Source of the DNA: a virus
DNA length: 64,000 nt
Virus record (IMG/VR): IMGVR_UViG_3300020463_000009
Location: 1-64,000 of that record
Reading direction: 5' to 3' (one strand)
This document shows, piece after piece, positions 1 through 9,403 of the stretch. A program made the translations under genes and the position numbers. Numbering within the stretch: position 1 is the first letter of the stretch; the number at the start of each line of letters is the position of its first letter. The notes beneath the pieces are model-generated. The model saw only the letters and a list, made by a program, of their open reading frames with translations, ran no database searches and was not told the DNA's origin.

Positions 1-71
1 TTCTTGGCACCAGCCATCAAGTTTTTAATTCCTTCGTCAAGTGTTTTAGCAGTTTGATTTACGATTGTCAT
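1..71 (-). CDS. hypothetical phage protein, 5' part (runs off the left edge)
   Basis: Reverse strand reads MTIVNQTAKTLDEGIKNLMAGAK..., preceded by AAAGGACAACACT (SD-like); not in ORF track because truncated. Confidence 0.7.
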   Translation of the reverse strand, partial: MTIVNQTAKTLDEGIKNLMAGAK

Positions 72-91
72 AGTGTTGTCCTTTTTGTTAG

Positions 92-274
92 TTATTGAGT
101 TTTAAGCATTAAAAATCCACCAGATATCATCAATGCCATACCGCCTAAAGCGTACATAAACATTTCTAATAGTGAATTTGCATTTTCCATACATTTACCA
201 TCACAATCGCCAGCAGAACCAGCCATCATTGCAATTCCTATAAATATAAGGGTTGAAGAAATAATAGTTTTCAT
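92..274 (-). CDS. small membrane protein (two hydrophobic segments flanking a CDGKC motif)
   Basis: ORF track 92..313; start moved to ATG at 274 (MKTII...) because AAAGGACAAAACACT precedes it and the promoter -10 lies at 304-309. Confidence 0.65.
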   Translation of the reverse strand: MKTIISSTLIFIGIAMMAGSAGDCDGKCMENANSLLEMFMYALGGMALMISGGFLMLKTQ

Positions 275-303
275 AGTGTTTTGTCCTTTCATATTATAGA
301 ACC

Positions 304-332
304 AGTATACCACAGCTAATTATAGAAAGCAA
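304..332 (-). promoter_or_regulatory. sigma70-type early promoter
   Basis: Minus strand TTGCTT-N17-TATACT with TG extension before the -10 and an AT-rich UP-like tract upstream. Confidence 0.7.
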
Positions 333-349
333 GCATAAAATTCAAAAAA

Positions 350-553
350 ATGCATAAAAAAACCCTTATAAATCAACGCTTTTTAATTTTTTTTGTTCTA
401 GTTTCGTTCTTTTTTACGATTTCCTGCTCAAAAAACGTTGAAAATTGCGAATATTCGCCGGATTTCGAAATAAACAGCGAATCACTTAGCGAATCACTTG
501 ACGGAATTATTCAAATTGAGAAAATGCGAGCAAAAGCTCGTTGTAGTTTTTAA
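350..553 (+). CDS. putative small lipoprotein
   Basis: Basic N-terminus, hydrophobic stretch, lipobox-like TISC followed by SKN. Confidence 0.5.
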   Translation: MHKKTLINQRFLIFFVLVSFFFTISCSKNVENCEYSPDFEINSESLSESLDGIIQIEKMRAKARCSF

Positions 554-600
554 AATACGCTAAAATTTTAGCGATAAATAGTATAAAAAAGGAAAATAAA

Positions 601-732
601 ATGGAACATTGCAAAAATTGTGGTCATAAACAACATTGTGGACAATCTTGTACACAGGAACACAAAGATGGCGACGGAAAAGACATATTAATATTATGTT
701 GCAATTCTTGTAGATGTGATAAATGTAAATAA
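601..732 (+). CDS. 43-aa Cys/His-rich (metallothionein-like/zinc-binding) peptide
   Basis: Read by hand: MEHCKNCGHKQHCGQSCTQEHKDGDGKDILILCCNSCRCDKCK*; AAGGA SD upstream; GATAAATA late-promoter variant at 573-580. Confidence 0.7.
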   Translation: MEHCKNCGHKQHCGQSCTQEHKDGDGKDILILCCNSCRCDKCK

Positions 733-741
733 TGAGGAATT

Positions 742-1023
742 ATGGCAAAAATGAGAATATTTAAGTTTTGGAATGAAGCAGGTCTCGAAAAAGAGAAAGA
801 GGCAATGAGTTTGAAGAAAGCTACAATGTCTGTACAAGGTGATTTTAAAGATGATATTATAGGAGTTGAGTTTACTAGTAAAAAAGGTAAAAAAATTGAA
901 ACTTCAATAAGAATCCCGATAGGTAGAAAAATAAGAGAAAATGCAATATTAGAAAAGAAGAGATTGGCAATGAAAGCGGCTAGAGAAGCGAAAGAAAAAA
1001 GCAGATATGCCAGCAATAGTTAG
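742..1023 (+). CDS. hypothetical basic protein
   Basis: GAGG SD upstream; overlaps the PAAR start. Confidence 0.7.
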   Translation: MAKMRIFKFWNEAGLEKEKEAMSLKKATMSVQGDFKDDIIGVEFTSKKGKKIETSIRIPIGRKIRENAILEKKRLAMKAAREAKEKSRYASNS

Positions 1024-1309
1024 AAAAGGCGATACTCTAACAACAGGTCACGCTTGTGTAAGTACAACTACACTTAATACACCTGGACAATCAACCGTTT
1101 TTGCAAATAACATATTAGTTGCAAGAATAGGCGACCCTACCGTAGCACACCCAAATCCGCCAGTACCAATATGTCCTAATCACGTTGCAACCGTTAACGC
1201 AGGTTCGCCAAACGTCTATGTTGTTGGTATTAGAGTAGGTAGAATTGGTGATAGTGCAGACGCAGGCGCTATGATTAGTGGTTCGCCAAATGTTTTTGCA
1301 AATGGCTAG
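1007..1309 (+). CDS. PAAR-domain tail spike tip protein (T4 gp5.4-like)
   Basis: MPAIVRKGD, His/Cys zinc ligands, VARIGD/VGRIGD repeats, GSPNVFANG end. Confidence 0.9.
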   Translation: MPAIVRKGDTLTTGHACVSTTTLNTPGQSTVFANNILVARIGDPTVAHPNPPVPICPNHVATVNAGSPNVYVVGIRVGRIGDSADAGAMISGSPNVFANG

Positions 1310-1317
1310 TAAAAACA

Positions 1318-1325
1318 TATAAATA
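1318..1325 (+). promoter_or_regulatory. T4-type late promoter TATAAATA
   Basis: Exact gp55 consensus just upstream of gp25. Confidence 0.8.
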
Positions 1326-1333
1326 TTAGCGTT

Positions 1334-1759
1334 ATGGCACAATACGACTCGGCATTTAAAAGTAATTCTAAAAGAAACGTAAGAAAGTTTAGTGATATAG
1401 ACTTAAGCTTTACTAGAAATTTGGTTACAAGTGATGTTGTACAAGTTGAAGATGTAATCTCTGTAAAAAGAGCAGTTAAAAATTTAGTTCAAACTGGTTT
1501 TTACGAAAGACCATTTCAACCAGAATTAGGTTGTGGTATTAGAGAATTATTATTTGAAAACTTTACACCAATGACTAAAATCTTTCTTCAAAAAAAGATT
1601 GAAGAGGTATTAATTAATTTTGAACCAAGAGTTAATTTAACTAGTGTTAATGTTGATGATGACCAAGATGGTAATAGATTAGTTGTTGATATAAATTTTT
1701 ATGTAGTAGGAATACCCGGTCCACAAACGGTGCAGACTTTTTTACAAAGGTTAAGATAA
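1334..1759 (+). CDS. gp25: baseplate wedge subunit gp25
   Basis: FSDIDLSF, VKNLVQT..YERPFQPELG, FEPRV, LQRLR. Confidence 0.92.
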   Translation: MAQYDSAFKSNSKRNVRKFSDIDLSFTRNLVTSDVVQVEDVISVKRAVKNLVQTGFYERPFQPELGCGIRELLFENFTPMTKIFLQKKIEEVLINFEPRVNLTSVNVDDDQDGNRLVVDINFYVVGIPGPQTVQTFLQRLR

Positions 1760-1760
1760 G

Positions 1761-3617
1761 ATGGCAAATAGCAAGTTAATAGTTTCAGATTTAGATTTTG
1801 ACGCAATCAAAACAAACTTAAAAACATTTTTACAAAGTCAAACACAATTTCAAGATTATGATTTTGAAGGTTCAGGTCTTTCAATCTTAATTGATTTACT
1901 ATCTTACAATACTCACTATATGGCTTATCTTGCCAATATGTCAACTAATGAATTATATCTTGATAGTGCCGATATTAGAAACAATATTGTATCATTAGCA
2001 AAAATGTTAGGTTATACTCCTAACTCACCAAGAGCACCTAGAGCTTCAATCAATATTGTTGTTAATGACGGTTCAGGTACTTCAATTACAATGGCAAAAG
2101 GTACTACTTTTATTTCAAGTGTAAATGAAACCTCTTATCAATATGTAACCAACGAAGATATTACTTCAACACCTGTTGATGGTGTTTATACTTTTTCAAA
2201 TGTAAATTTATATGAGGGTACTTTAGTTAAGTTTAAATATACGGTTGATGAAACAGACGTTGACCAAAAATTTGTAATACCTAGTGAGAACGCAGATACT
2301 TCAACTTTAAAAGTTACCGTACAAAATTCAAGTACAGATACAACACTTACAACTTATTCTTTATCAAGTGGATATAGTGGTGTTGGTTCAGATACAAAAG
2401 CATATTTTATTCAAGAAACAACAGATGGTAAATTTGAAGTTTATTTTGGTGACGGTGTTACCGGACAAAAACTAGTAAATGGTAATGTTGTAATTTTAGA
2501 ATATGTTGTTACCAATAAAACTGCTTCAAATGGTGCAACTACTTTTAATTTACAAGGTAGTGTTGGTGGTTTTACAGATACTACCATTACAACAAATTCA
2601 AATTCTCAAGGTGGTTCTGAAGCTGAAGATAATGAATCAGTTAAGTTCAATGCACCTTTAAATTTTGCGGCTCAAGATAGAGCGGTTACTACAACAGATT
2701 ATGAAACACTTGTAAAACAAATTTATCCTAACTCTTTATCAGTAAGTGCTTGGGGTGGTGAAGATGACGAAACGCCAAGATATGGTATTGTTAAGATTGC
2801 AATTAAGGCAGCTTCAGGTTCTACACTAACAGACCAAACTAAACTAGATATTGTAAACGGTTTAAAAAAATATAATGTTGCTTCTGTTAAACCAGAAATA
2901 GTTGACCCGGAAACTACTTCAATATTATTAACTTCTAATATTAAGTATGACGCTAAATCTACAACTAAATCAGCAACAACTTTAAAATCAGATGTTATTA
3001 ATACAATAACAAATTATAATACAGGCACATTACAAAAATTTGATGGTGTTTTTAGACATTCTAAATTAACAGGACTAATAGACAATACAGACGCAAGTTT
3101 ACTATCGAATATTACTACTTTAAAAATTAGAAAAAACTTTACACCAATAATTAACTCTGCTACAAAATATGATATTTACTTTAGAAATGCATTATACAAT
3201 CCTCATTCAGGACACAACTCAGCTGCTGGTGGTATTTTAAGTTCAACAGGATTTAAAGTAGCTTCAGACGCAACTAATGAAATGTTTTTAGATGATGATG
3301 GTCAAGGTAACGTAAGAAGATATTATCTAGTAAGTGGTGTTAAAACTTATGCTGATAGTACGCAAGGTACTATTAATTATGCAACTGGTCAGGTAACTTT
3401 AAATTTATTGAACATAGCTTCTATATCAAATATTAGAGGAGCTGCTTCAACAATTATAGAGTTAACGGTTACGCCATCTTCAAATGATGTAATTCCTGTA
3501 AGAGACCAGATTGTAGAAATAGATGTAGCAAATTCTTTAATTACCGTAGAAGAGGATACTTTTGTTGGTGGTGCTGCCGAAGCAGGTGTCGGTTATTCAA
3601 CTAGCTCAAGTTATTAA
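1761..3617 (+). CDS. gp6: baseplate wedge subunit gp6
   Basis: LDFDAIK, DYDFEGSGLS, LSYNTHY, AKMLGY, FGDG, QDRAVTTTDYE, WGGED. Confidence 0.93.
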   Translation: MANSKLIVSDLDFDAIKTNLKTFLQSQTQFQDYDFEGSGLSILIDLLSYNTHYMAYLANMSTNELYLDSADIRNNIVSLAKMLGYTPNSPRAPRASINIVVNDGSGTSITMAKGTTFISSVNETSYQYVTNEDITSTPVDGVYTFSNVNLYEGTLVKFKYTVDETDVDQKFVIPSENADTSTLKVTVQNSSTDTTLTTYSLSSGYSGVGSDTKAYFIQETTDGKFEVYFGDGVTGQKLVNGNVVILEYVVTNKTASNGATTFNLQGSVGGFTDTTITTNSNSQGGSEAEDNESVKFNAPLNFAAQDRAVTTTDYETLVKQIYPNSLSVSAWGGEDDETPRYGIVKIAIKAASGSTLTDQTKLDIVNGLKKYNVASVKPEIVDPETTSILLTSNIKYDAKSTTKSATTLKSDVINTITNYNTGTLQKFDGVFRHSKLTGLIDNTDASLLSNITTLKIRKNFTPIINSATKYDIYFRNALYNPHSGHNSAAGGILSSTGFKVASDATNEMFLDDDGQGNVRRYYLVSGVKTYADSTQGTINYATGQVTLNLLNIASISNIRGAASTIIELTVTPSSNDVIPVRDQIVEIDVANSLITVEEDTFVGGAAEAGVGYSTSSSY

Positions 3618-3623
3618 TGATAA

Positions 3624-6266
3624 ATGGCAAAGTTTAATGAAAAAATATCAACTATACTTAACAGCCAAATTCCAGAATTTGTTATTGCTGACCACCCAAA
3701 GTTTGCCGAATTTCTAAAAGTCTATTATCAATTATTAGAATCAGCCGAATTACAAGTTAAAGATGTTCAAAACACCGTTGGTGTTTTAATTGAAACTGAA
3801 ACAGGTCAAAATAATAATATAGTATTAAACTCAACTAGAATAGGAAGTGCCATAACTTCTATTGATGAGGGTGATAAAATATTATTAGAAGAAACTGGTT
3901 ATGGTAAATTTATTGTAGGTGAAACCGTAAAAGGTCAAACTTCAGGTGCAGAGGCAAAAGTATTGTCTGAAGATTTGGCGAATGGTAGATTAATAATATC
4001 TGCTAATGATAAATTTATTACAAATGAAATTATAAACGGATTAGAATCTATAGCTTCTGCTACAATCTCAAATTACAGACCACAACCTGTTCAAAATATT
4101 TCCGACCTTGTAAACTTTAGAGACCCCGATAAAGCAATCGAATCTTTTTTAAGTAATTTTAGAAATGAATTTTTAGCAACTTTACCTGAAGTATTAGATA
4201 ACGAAGTTGATAAAAGAAACTTAATTAAAAATGTTAAGTCATTATATAAAGCAAAAGGTACTGCCGCTGGTCACGCATTATTTTTTAGATTGTTATTTAA
4301 TGAAACAACTGAAACACTTTATCCTAGAGAAAACTTATTAAAAGCTTCAGATGGTAATTTTGACTCTTTAAAAATTTTAAGAATTATTGAAAGAGTAGGA
4401 AACACCGAAGGATTAATCGGTAGAACAATTACTGGTAAAGATTCAAAGGCAACTGCTGTTATTGAAAACTTAGCTAGATTTCAATTAGGTAATGATACAA
4501 TTACAGAATTGATTGTTAACAAAGATACTATTAACGGTACTTTTCAAGTTGGCGAAGAAGTATCAGGAACAGCAAGTGATACAGATGACTATTTTATTTT
4601 AGCAGATATAACAGGAATACCTGGTACAAAAACTATTACAAATAACGGTTCACTATATAAAAAATCTGATGGTATTAAAGTTTCAGGTGGTGGAGAAAAT
4701 GCTTTATTTCAAATATCAGAAATAGGAACAGGTGAGATTGATGAAATTGTTTTAGATACTCCTGGTTCTGGTTATGCTATTGGTGATGTAATTAATTTTA
4801 ATAATGATAATACTTTTGGTGCTAACGCTTCAGGTTTTGTTAGTATTGTTACCGGTAGTTTTGTTGACCAAAATGGAAAAATTGACCCACCTGACGGAAC
4901 AGAGGATAGACTTATATTAGAAGATGAAACAACTTCAGGTGATTCATATTCAGGTAGTGAGATTGTACAAGAAACAAATACTATTTCACCAATAGTTCCA
5001 GGTTTTGCAAATTCAGCCGATAATGTTATTGGAGAAATTACAAAAATATTTTTATCTAATTCAGGAAGTGGTTATCAAACAACACCTGTTTTAACAATTA
5101 CTACTTCAGGTGGAACAAATGGTAAAGTAAAAGCCTTTGGTAAAAATATAGGTTCTATTGAAGGTATTAATACAATTGAACACGGTAAAAAATATGAAAC
5201 TTCACCAGCACCAACATTATCTTTCTTTCAAAACATATTAGTAGGTTCTCAAACAGGTAGTTTTACCACAGGAAATACTTTTACTACTTCAGGAAGTAAA
5301 TCAGGTAAAATAGAAATATTGGATCCTGATAGAGGAATTTTAAAATTAAGTAATGTTGTAGGCGGAACAATAGCAATTGGTGAAACAATAACTTCTCAAT
5401 CAGGTGGTACTGCTAAAGTAATAAAAAATAATTTAGCTTCTGCTACCGTAGATGTTGTACCTGTAACCGATACAGATGGTGAATATCTTGACGAAGTTGG
5501 TAAACTTTCTGAAAGTACAATGAGAGTACAAGATAGTTTATACTACCAAGATTTTTCTTATGTAATTAAAGTTGGTCAATCAATCAATGCTTGGCGTAAT
5601 GCATTTAAAAAAACAATGCACACTTCAGGTTTTTATTTTACAGGACAAGTAAACGTTTCAACTAGACTAAACGCACAATTACAATCACCAGTTCTTGGTT
5701 CTGTTTCAGGTGTATCTGATAGTCCATTTATGAGATTAATCAATACTCTATTCTCTACAATATTTGGTAGAAGATTAGGAACAAATACTGACGGAACAAC
5801 AAAGAGAACAAACCCATTATCAAGTGGTGCTATAGATAGCGACGCTACTACTCACGAACATTTTAGTAATAATCAAAGAGACGTAACCTTAACTAGAGAG
5901 CCAATAGTTATTGATTATACTAGTAGAGTAAGAAGACTAATATCAGATGGTACTACAACTTATAATGTTAAATCTGGTCACGCATACGCAGGACCAAGAT
6001 ATACATTTTTAAATAAAAATGCACAAACCATTTACAATCTAGCAGGTTATAATGTTCAGGCTTTTAATGATATTAAGATTATAGGAACAAGAACAGGTTT
6101 AGATGGTAAATCAGCAGTTTTTCTTGCGTCTTCTAATGAATTTGGTAGAAACTTGAAAAGTAATTTTACGATACCAGCCACTATCGCAACAAACAAAAAT
6201 GACTTCTCAAATACAATTACCAACTTCAGCGCTACAACTGCTACGTTTGACGACACAACGCCTTAA
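3624..6266 (+). CDS. baseplate wedge initiator, gp7-like
   Basis: QIPEFV..DHPKF..FLK.YY, LIKNVKSLYKAKGT, QDSLYYQDFSYVIK motifs; position between gp6 and gp8. Confidence 0.75.
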   Translation: MAKFNEKISTILNSQIPEFVIADHPKFAEFLKVYYQLLESAELQVKDVQNTVGVLIETETGQNNNIVLNSTRIGSAITSIDEGDKILLEETGYGKFIVGETVKGQTSGAEAKVLSEDLANGRLIISANDKFITNEIINGLESIASATISNYRPQPVQNISDLVNFRDPDKAIESFLSNFRNEFLATLPEVLDNEVDKRNLIKNVKSLYKAKGTAAGHALFFRLLFNETTETLYPRENLLKASDGNFDSLKILRIIERVGNTEGLIGRTITGKDSKATAVIENLARFQLGNDTITELIVNKDTINGTFQVGEEVSGTASDTDDYFILADITGIPGTKTITNNGSLYKKSDGIKVSGGGENALFQISEIGTGEIDEIVLDTPGSGYAIGDVINFNNDNTFGANASGFVSIVTGSFVDQNGKIDPPDGTEDRLILEDETTSGDSYSGSEIVQETNTISPIVPGFANSADNVIGEITKIFLSNSGSGYQTTPVLTITTSGGTNGKVKAFGKNIGSIEGINTIEHGKKYETSPAPTLSFFQNILVGSQTGSFTTGNTFTTSGSKSGKIEILDPDRGILKLSNVVGGTIAIGETITSQSGGTAKVIKNNLASATVDVVPVTDTDGEYLDEVGKLSESTMRVQDSLYYQDFSYVIKVGQSINAWRNAFKKTMHTSGFYFTGQVNVSTRLNAQLQSPVLGSVSGVSDSPFMRLINTLFSTIFGRRLGTNTDGTTKRTNPLSSGAIDSDATTHEHFSNNQRDVTLTREPIVIDYTSRVRRLISDGTTTYNVKSGHAYAGPRYTFLNKNAQTIYNLAGYNVQAFNDIKIIGTRTGLDGKSAVFLASSNEFGRNLKSNFTIPATIATNKNDFSNTITNFSATTATFDDTTP

Positions 6267-6273
6267 AAATGAT

Positions 6274-6281
6274 TATAAATA
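6274..6281 (+). promoter_or_regulatory. late promoter TATAAATA
   Basis: Exact consensus in intergenic gap. Confidence 0.8.
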
Positions 6282-6297
6282 GTAGAGAGATTTAAAT

Positions 6298-7887
6298 ATG
6301 CCAAAAAGTACAATAAATTTAGGAAGTTCACCCAATGACGGTACAGGTTCTAACCTACGAACCGGTGGTACTATCATTAACAATAACTTTAATGAGTTAT
6401 ATACAAATTTAGGTGATGGTACTAATTTAAAACCATACATTGATTTTGCAGATGATTCATCTACAACGTTAAGAACAAACATAGGTAACCCTATAACTAT
6501 TGAGGGTGGCTTAGGTATTGATACAGCGGTAACTTCAGGTAAATTTCAAATTAAAGTAAATGCTTCAGTATTAACGGCAACTGCTTCGGCAACTCTTACA
6601 AACAAAGCAATTTCTTTAACTAACAATACTCTTTCAGGAACATTAACAGAATTTAATACAGCAATAAGTGGTACAGATTTTTTATCAACAGACCAAACAC
6701 AAACGGTTACAAATAAAACAATCAATGGTTCACTAAACACATTATCAAATATTGCTAATAACTCACTTTCAAATTCAAGTATTACAATTAGAGATAATAC
6801 TTCAACAACAGATGTTGTAAATTTAGGAGAAACTTTATCTATATTAGGTACTGGTTCAGTATCTTCTACGGTAACAGGAAATACGGTAACTCTAAACGTA
6901 TCTAATTTATCTAACTCTGATTTATCAGGTAGTGCAGGTATAACAAATGCAAATTTAGCTAATTCTTCTTTAACAATTGGTAATACTTCAGTTGCTTTAG
7001 GAGCTACTTTATCTTCAGCAGGAAACTTAAACTTAACAGGTACTTCTTCATTATCTGGTTCAGGTAATATTGACCAAACAGGACAAGGTTCTAAAGTAAG
7101 ACATAACTTTGCTAACGTAGCAAGTTTCCCAACAGCAACAGATTATTCAGGTTTATTTGTTTTAGATGAAACAACATTAAAACCTCATATAGCAACAGCT
7201 TCAGGTTATATTAATATATTAACAGAGAATGATTCAGTATCAAGACACGCAGACGTATTTACAACTGGTATTTCTGATGGTAACGTTTTAAAATGGAATT
7301 CAGGTAATGCACGTTTTGAAGCAGGTGCAGAAGCCGGCGCAATGACGGTACAAGAAGAAGGTTCTTCTTTATCAACGGCAGCCACAACATTAAACTTTGT
7401 AGGTTCTGCTGTAACCGCTACAGGTTCAGGTGCAACAAAAACTATTACAATTACAGGTGGCGCAGTTGCATTAAACGATATTACAGATGTAACCAATACA
7501 TCACCAGTTGCAGGACACACTTTAGTTTATGATGGTTCAGGTTGGGTACAAGCAACAACACCAGTTTCTCAATTATTGGTAACTGCTAGTGGTTCAAGTG
7601 CTTACTTATTTACAGGTGCAGGTTTTCCGTCAACTTCATCTAATAACCCTACTTTACACTTGAAAAAAGGCAATACTTATTACTTTGTAAACAACTCTGG
7701 TGGTTCACATCCGTTTAGAATACAATCAACGACAGGTACAGGTGGTACAGCATATAATACTGGTGTTACCAATAATAATGCGGCTTCTGGTGCAATAATA
7801 TTTCACGTATCTATGGATACACCAGCGACTTTATATTATCAATGTACAAATCACGGAGCAATGCAAGGAACAATTAGTATAACATAG
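6298..7887 (+). CDS. baseplate-attached fibre with gp9/gp10-type N-terminus and C-terminal cupredoxin-like domain
   Basis: INLGSSPNDGTGSNLRTGG..IN.NFNELY (gp9/gp10 N-terminal motif); TLTNK fibre repeats; C-terminal HPF...LYYQCTNHGAM. Confidence 0.7.
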   Translation: MPKSTINLGSSPNDGTGSNLRTGGTIINNNFNELYTNLGDGTNLKPYIDFADDSSTTLRTNIGNPITIEGGLGIDTAVTSGKFQIKVNASVLTATASATLTNKAISLTNNTLSGTLTEFNTAISGTDFLSTDQTQTVTNKTINGSLNTLSNIANNSLSNSSITIRDNTSTTDVVNLGETLSILGTGSVSSTVTGNTVTLNVSNLSNSDLSGSAGITNANLANSSLTIGNTSVALGATLSSAGNLNLTGTSSLSGSGNIDQTGQGSKVRHNFANVASFPTATDYSGLFVLDETTLKPHIATASGYINILTENDSVSRHADVFTTGISDGNVLKWNSGNARFEAGAEAGAMTVQEEGSSLSTAATTLNFVGSAVTATGSGATKTITITGGAVALNDITDVTNTSPVAGHTLVYDGSGWVQATTPVSQLLVTASGSSAYLFTGAGFPSTSSNNPTLHLKKGNTYYFVNNSGGSHPFRIQSTTGTGGTAYNTGVTNNNAASGAIIFHVSMDTPATLYYQCTNHGAMQGTISIT

Positions 7888-7897
7888 TAAAAAGTAT

Positions 7898-7905
7898 TAT
7901 AAATA
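7898..7905 (+). promoter_or_regulatory. late promoter TATAAATA
   Basis: Exact consensus upstream of gp8. Confidence 0.8.
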
Positions 7906-7925
7906 TTGATTAAGGAAAAAGAAAT

Positions 7926-9389
7926 ATGCCAGCAATTATAACAAACAAGTTTAGAATACACAATTCCGAACAATTTTCTGAATCTTTTACAGAGGCTTCA
8001 GGAAATACGTATTATCTAGGAATTGGTAGGTCTCTACCTTATTCTACTGCTACAAGAGCAGATGGTAGAACAGACAATCAAGGTACAGACGTATTACCTA
8101 TTACACCAGCAGATAACTTAAACGCAGAGTCATTTACTTTTGATGACCTTTTAGCAGTTAAAAAAGTTAGTGATACAGATATTTCATTTGTAGCACCAAG
8201 AAGAAACTGGTTGACTGGCACAACTTACGATATTTACAGACACGATTATGGAGAAAGAATTACTGGTACAACTACTTTACAAACAGCTAATAGTGGTGTA
8301 GCTAATTTATTTGACGCAAATTTCTATGCTCTAAACTCATCAAGAAACGTTTATAAATGTTTAGACAATAATAATAATGCAGCTTCAACGGTAGAACCAA
8401 CTGGTACAAACTCATCTACAATTATATCTACTGCTGATGGTTATAAGTGGAAATATATGTACTCACTTTCTGCTTCTCAACAATCAAATTTCTTATCAAC
8501 AGATTTTATGGCAGTTGCAACAAATTCAGATGTAAATTCTCAAGCAGTTGCAGGTGCAATCAATGTAGTAAAAATTAAAACTGCCGGTTCAGGTGGTGCA
8601 GATGGTACACACACAGGTATTGCTATAAGAGGTGATGGCCAAAACGGTGTTGTATCGGTAACGGTAACATCAGGAGCGGTAACAGCGGTAACGGTAACAA
8701 CTCCGGGAACAGGTTATACTTTTGCTACAATTTCAAATGCTCAAATAGTAGCCGCAGGTGCAACAAGTTTAACAGGTGCAGAATTAGATGTAATTATTCC
8801 ACCAAAAGGCGGACACGGATTTAACGCAATTCAAGAATTAGGTGCTTTCTTTGTAATGACAAATACAAGTTTAGAAGGAACAGAATCAGCAAATACTGGT
8901 GACGTTTCAGTTGCTAACGACTTTAGACGAGTATGTTTAATAAGAGACCCAAAATCAGGTGGTTCAGCTGCTTCAGCTGCCACATTAAGAGCAACAAAAG
9001 CAATTAGATTAACAGGTGTATCTGGTACTTTTGCTGTTGATGAAAAAATTACTCAATCATCTACTGGCGCAATAGGTAAAGTAGTTGAATGGGATTCTTC
9101 AAACGCTATATTATATTATATTCAAACAAGACACAATGACGAAGGTGTTGATAGTAATGGTAATCAAACAGCATTTTCAGGAGCAAACGTTGTGACCGGA
9201 TTAAGTGGCGCAAGTGGAACACCAGAGACTTCACATTCGGCAACAACTAACAATGTAGTATTCGTCAGCGGATATTCTGTACCAGAAATTGACCACGATT
9301 CAGGTGATGTTTTGTACGTAGAGAACAGAGCACCAATAACAAGAGCGGCAGACCAGACAGAAAATATCAAGTTGATTATAGAATTTTAA
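7926..9389 (+). CDS. gp8: baseplate wedge subunit gp8
   Basis: MPAIITNKFR, VYKCLDN, DGYKWKYMY, PPKGGHG, ENRAPITRA.DQTENIKLIIEF. Confidence 0.88.
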   Translation: MPAIITNKFRIHNSEQFSESFTEASGNTYYLGIGRSLPYSTATRADGRTDNQGTDVLPITPADNLNAESFTFDDLLAVKKVSDTDISFVAPRRNWLTGTTYDIYRHDYGERITGTTTLQTANSGVANLFDANFYALNSSRNVYKCLDNNNNAASTVEPTGTNSSTIISTADGYKWKYMYSLSASQQSNFLSTDFMAVATNSDVNSQAVAGAINVVKIKTAGSGGADGTHTGIAIRGDGQNGVVSVTVTSGAVTAVTVTTPGTGYTFATISNAQIVAAGATSLTGAELDVIIPPKGGHGFNAIQELGAFFVMTNTSLEGTESANTGDVSVANDFRRVCLIRDPKSGGSAASAATLRATKAIRLTGVSGTFAVDEKITQSSTGAIGKVVEWDSSNAILYYIQTRHNDEGVDSNGNQTAFSGANVVTGLSGASGTPETSHSATTNNVVFVSGYSVPEIDHDSGDVLYVENRAPITRAADQTENIKLIIEF

Positions 9390-9403
9390 GGGGATAACAG
9401 ACT

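Noticed and set aside
476-499. 12-bp tandem repeat AGCGAATCACTT x2
   Set aside because: In-frame duplication (SESL-SESL) inside a small ORF; only two copies
1007-3617. PAAR plus gp25/TssE-like genes as a type VI secretion or tailocin locus
   Set aside because: Portal, terminase, protease and scaffold genes show a complete T4-like phage
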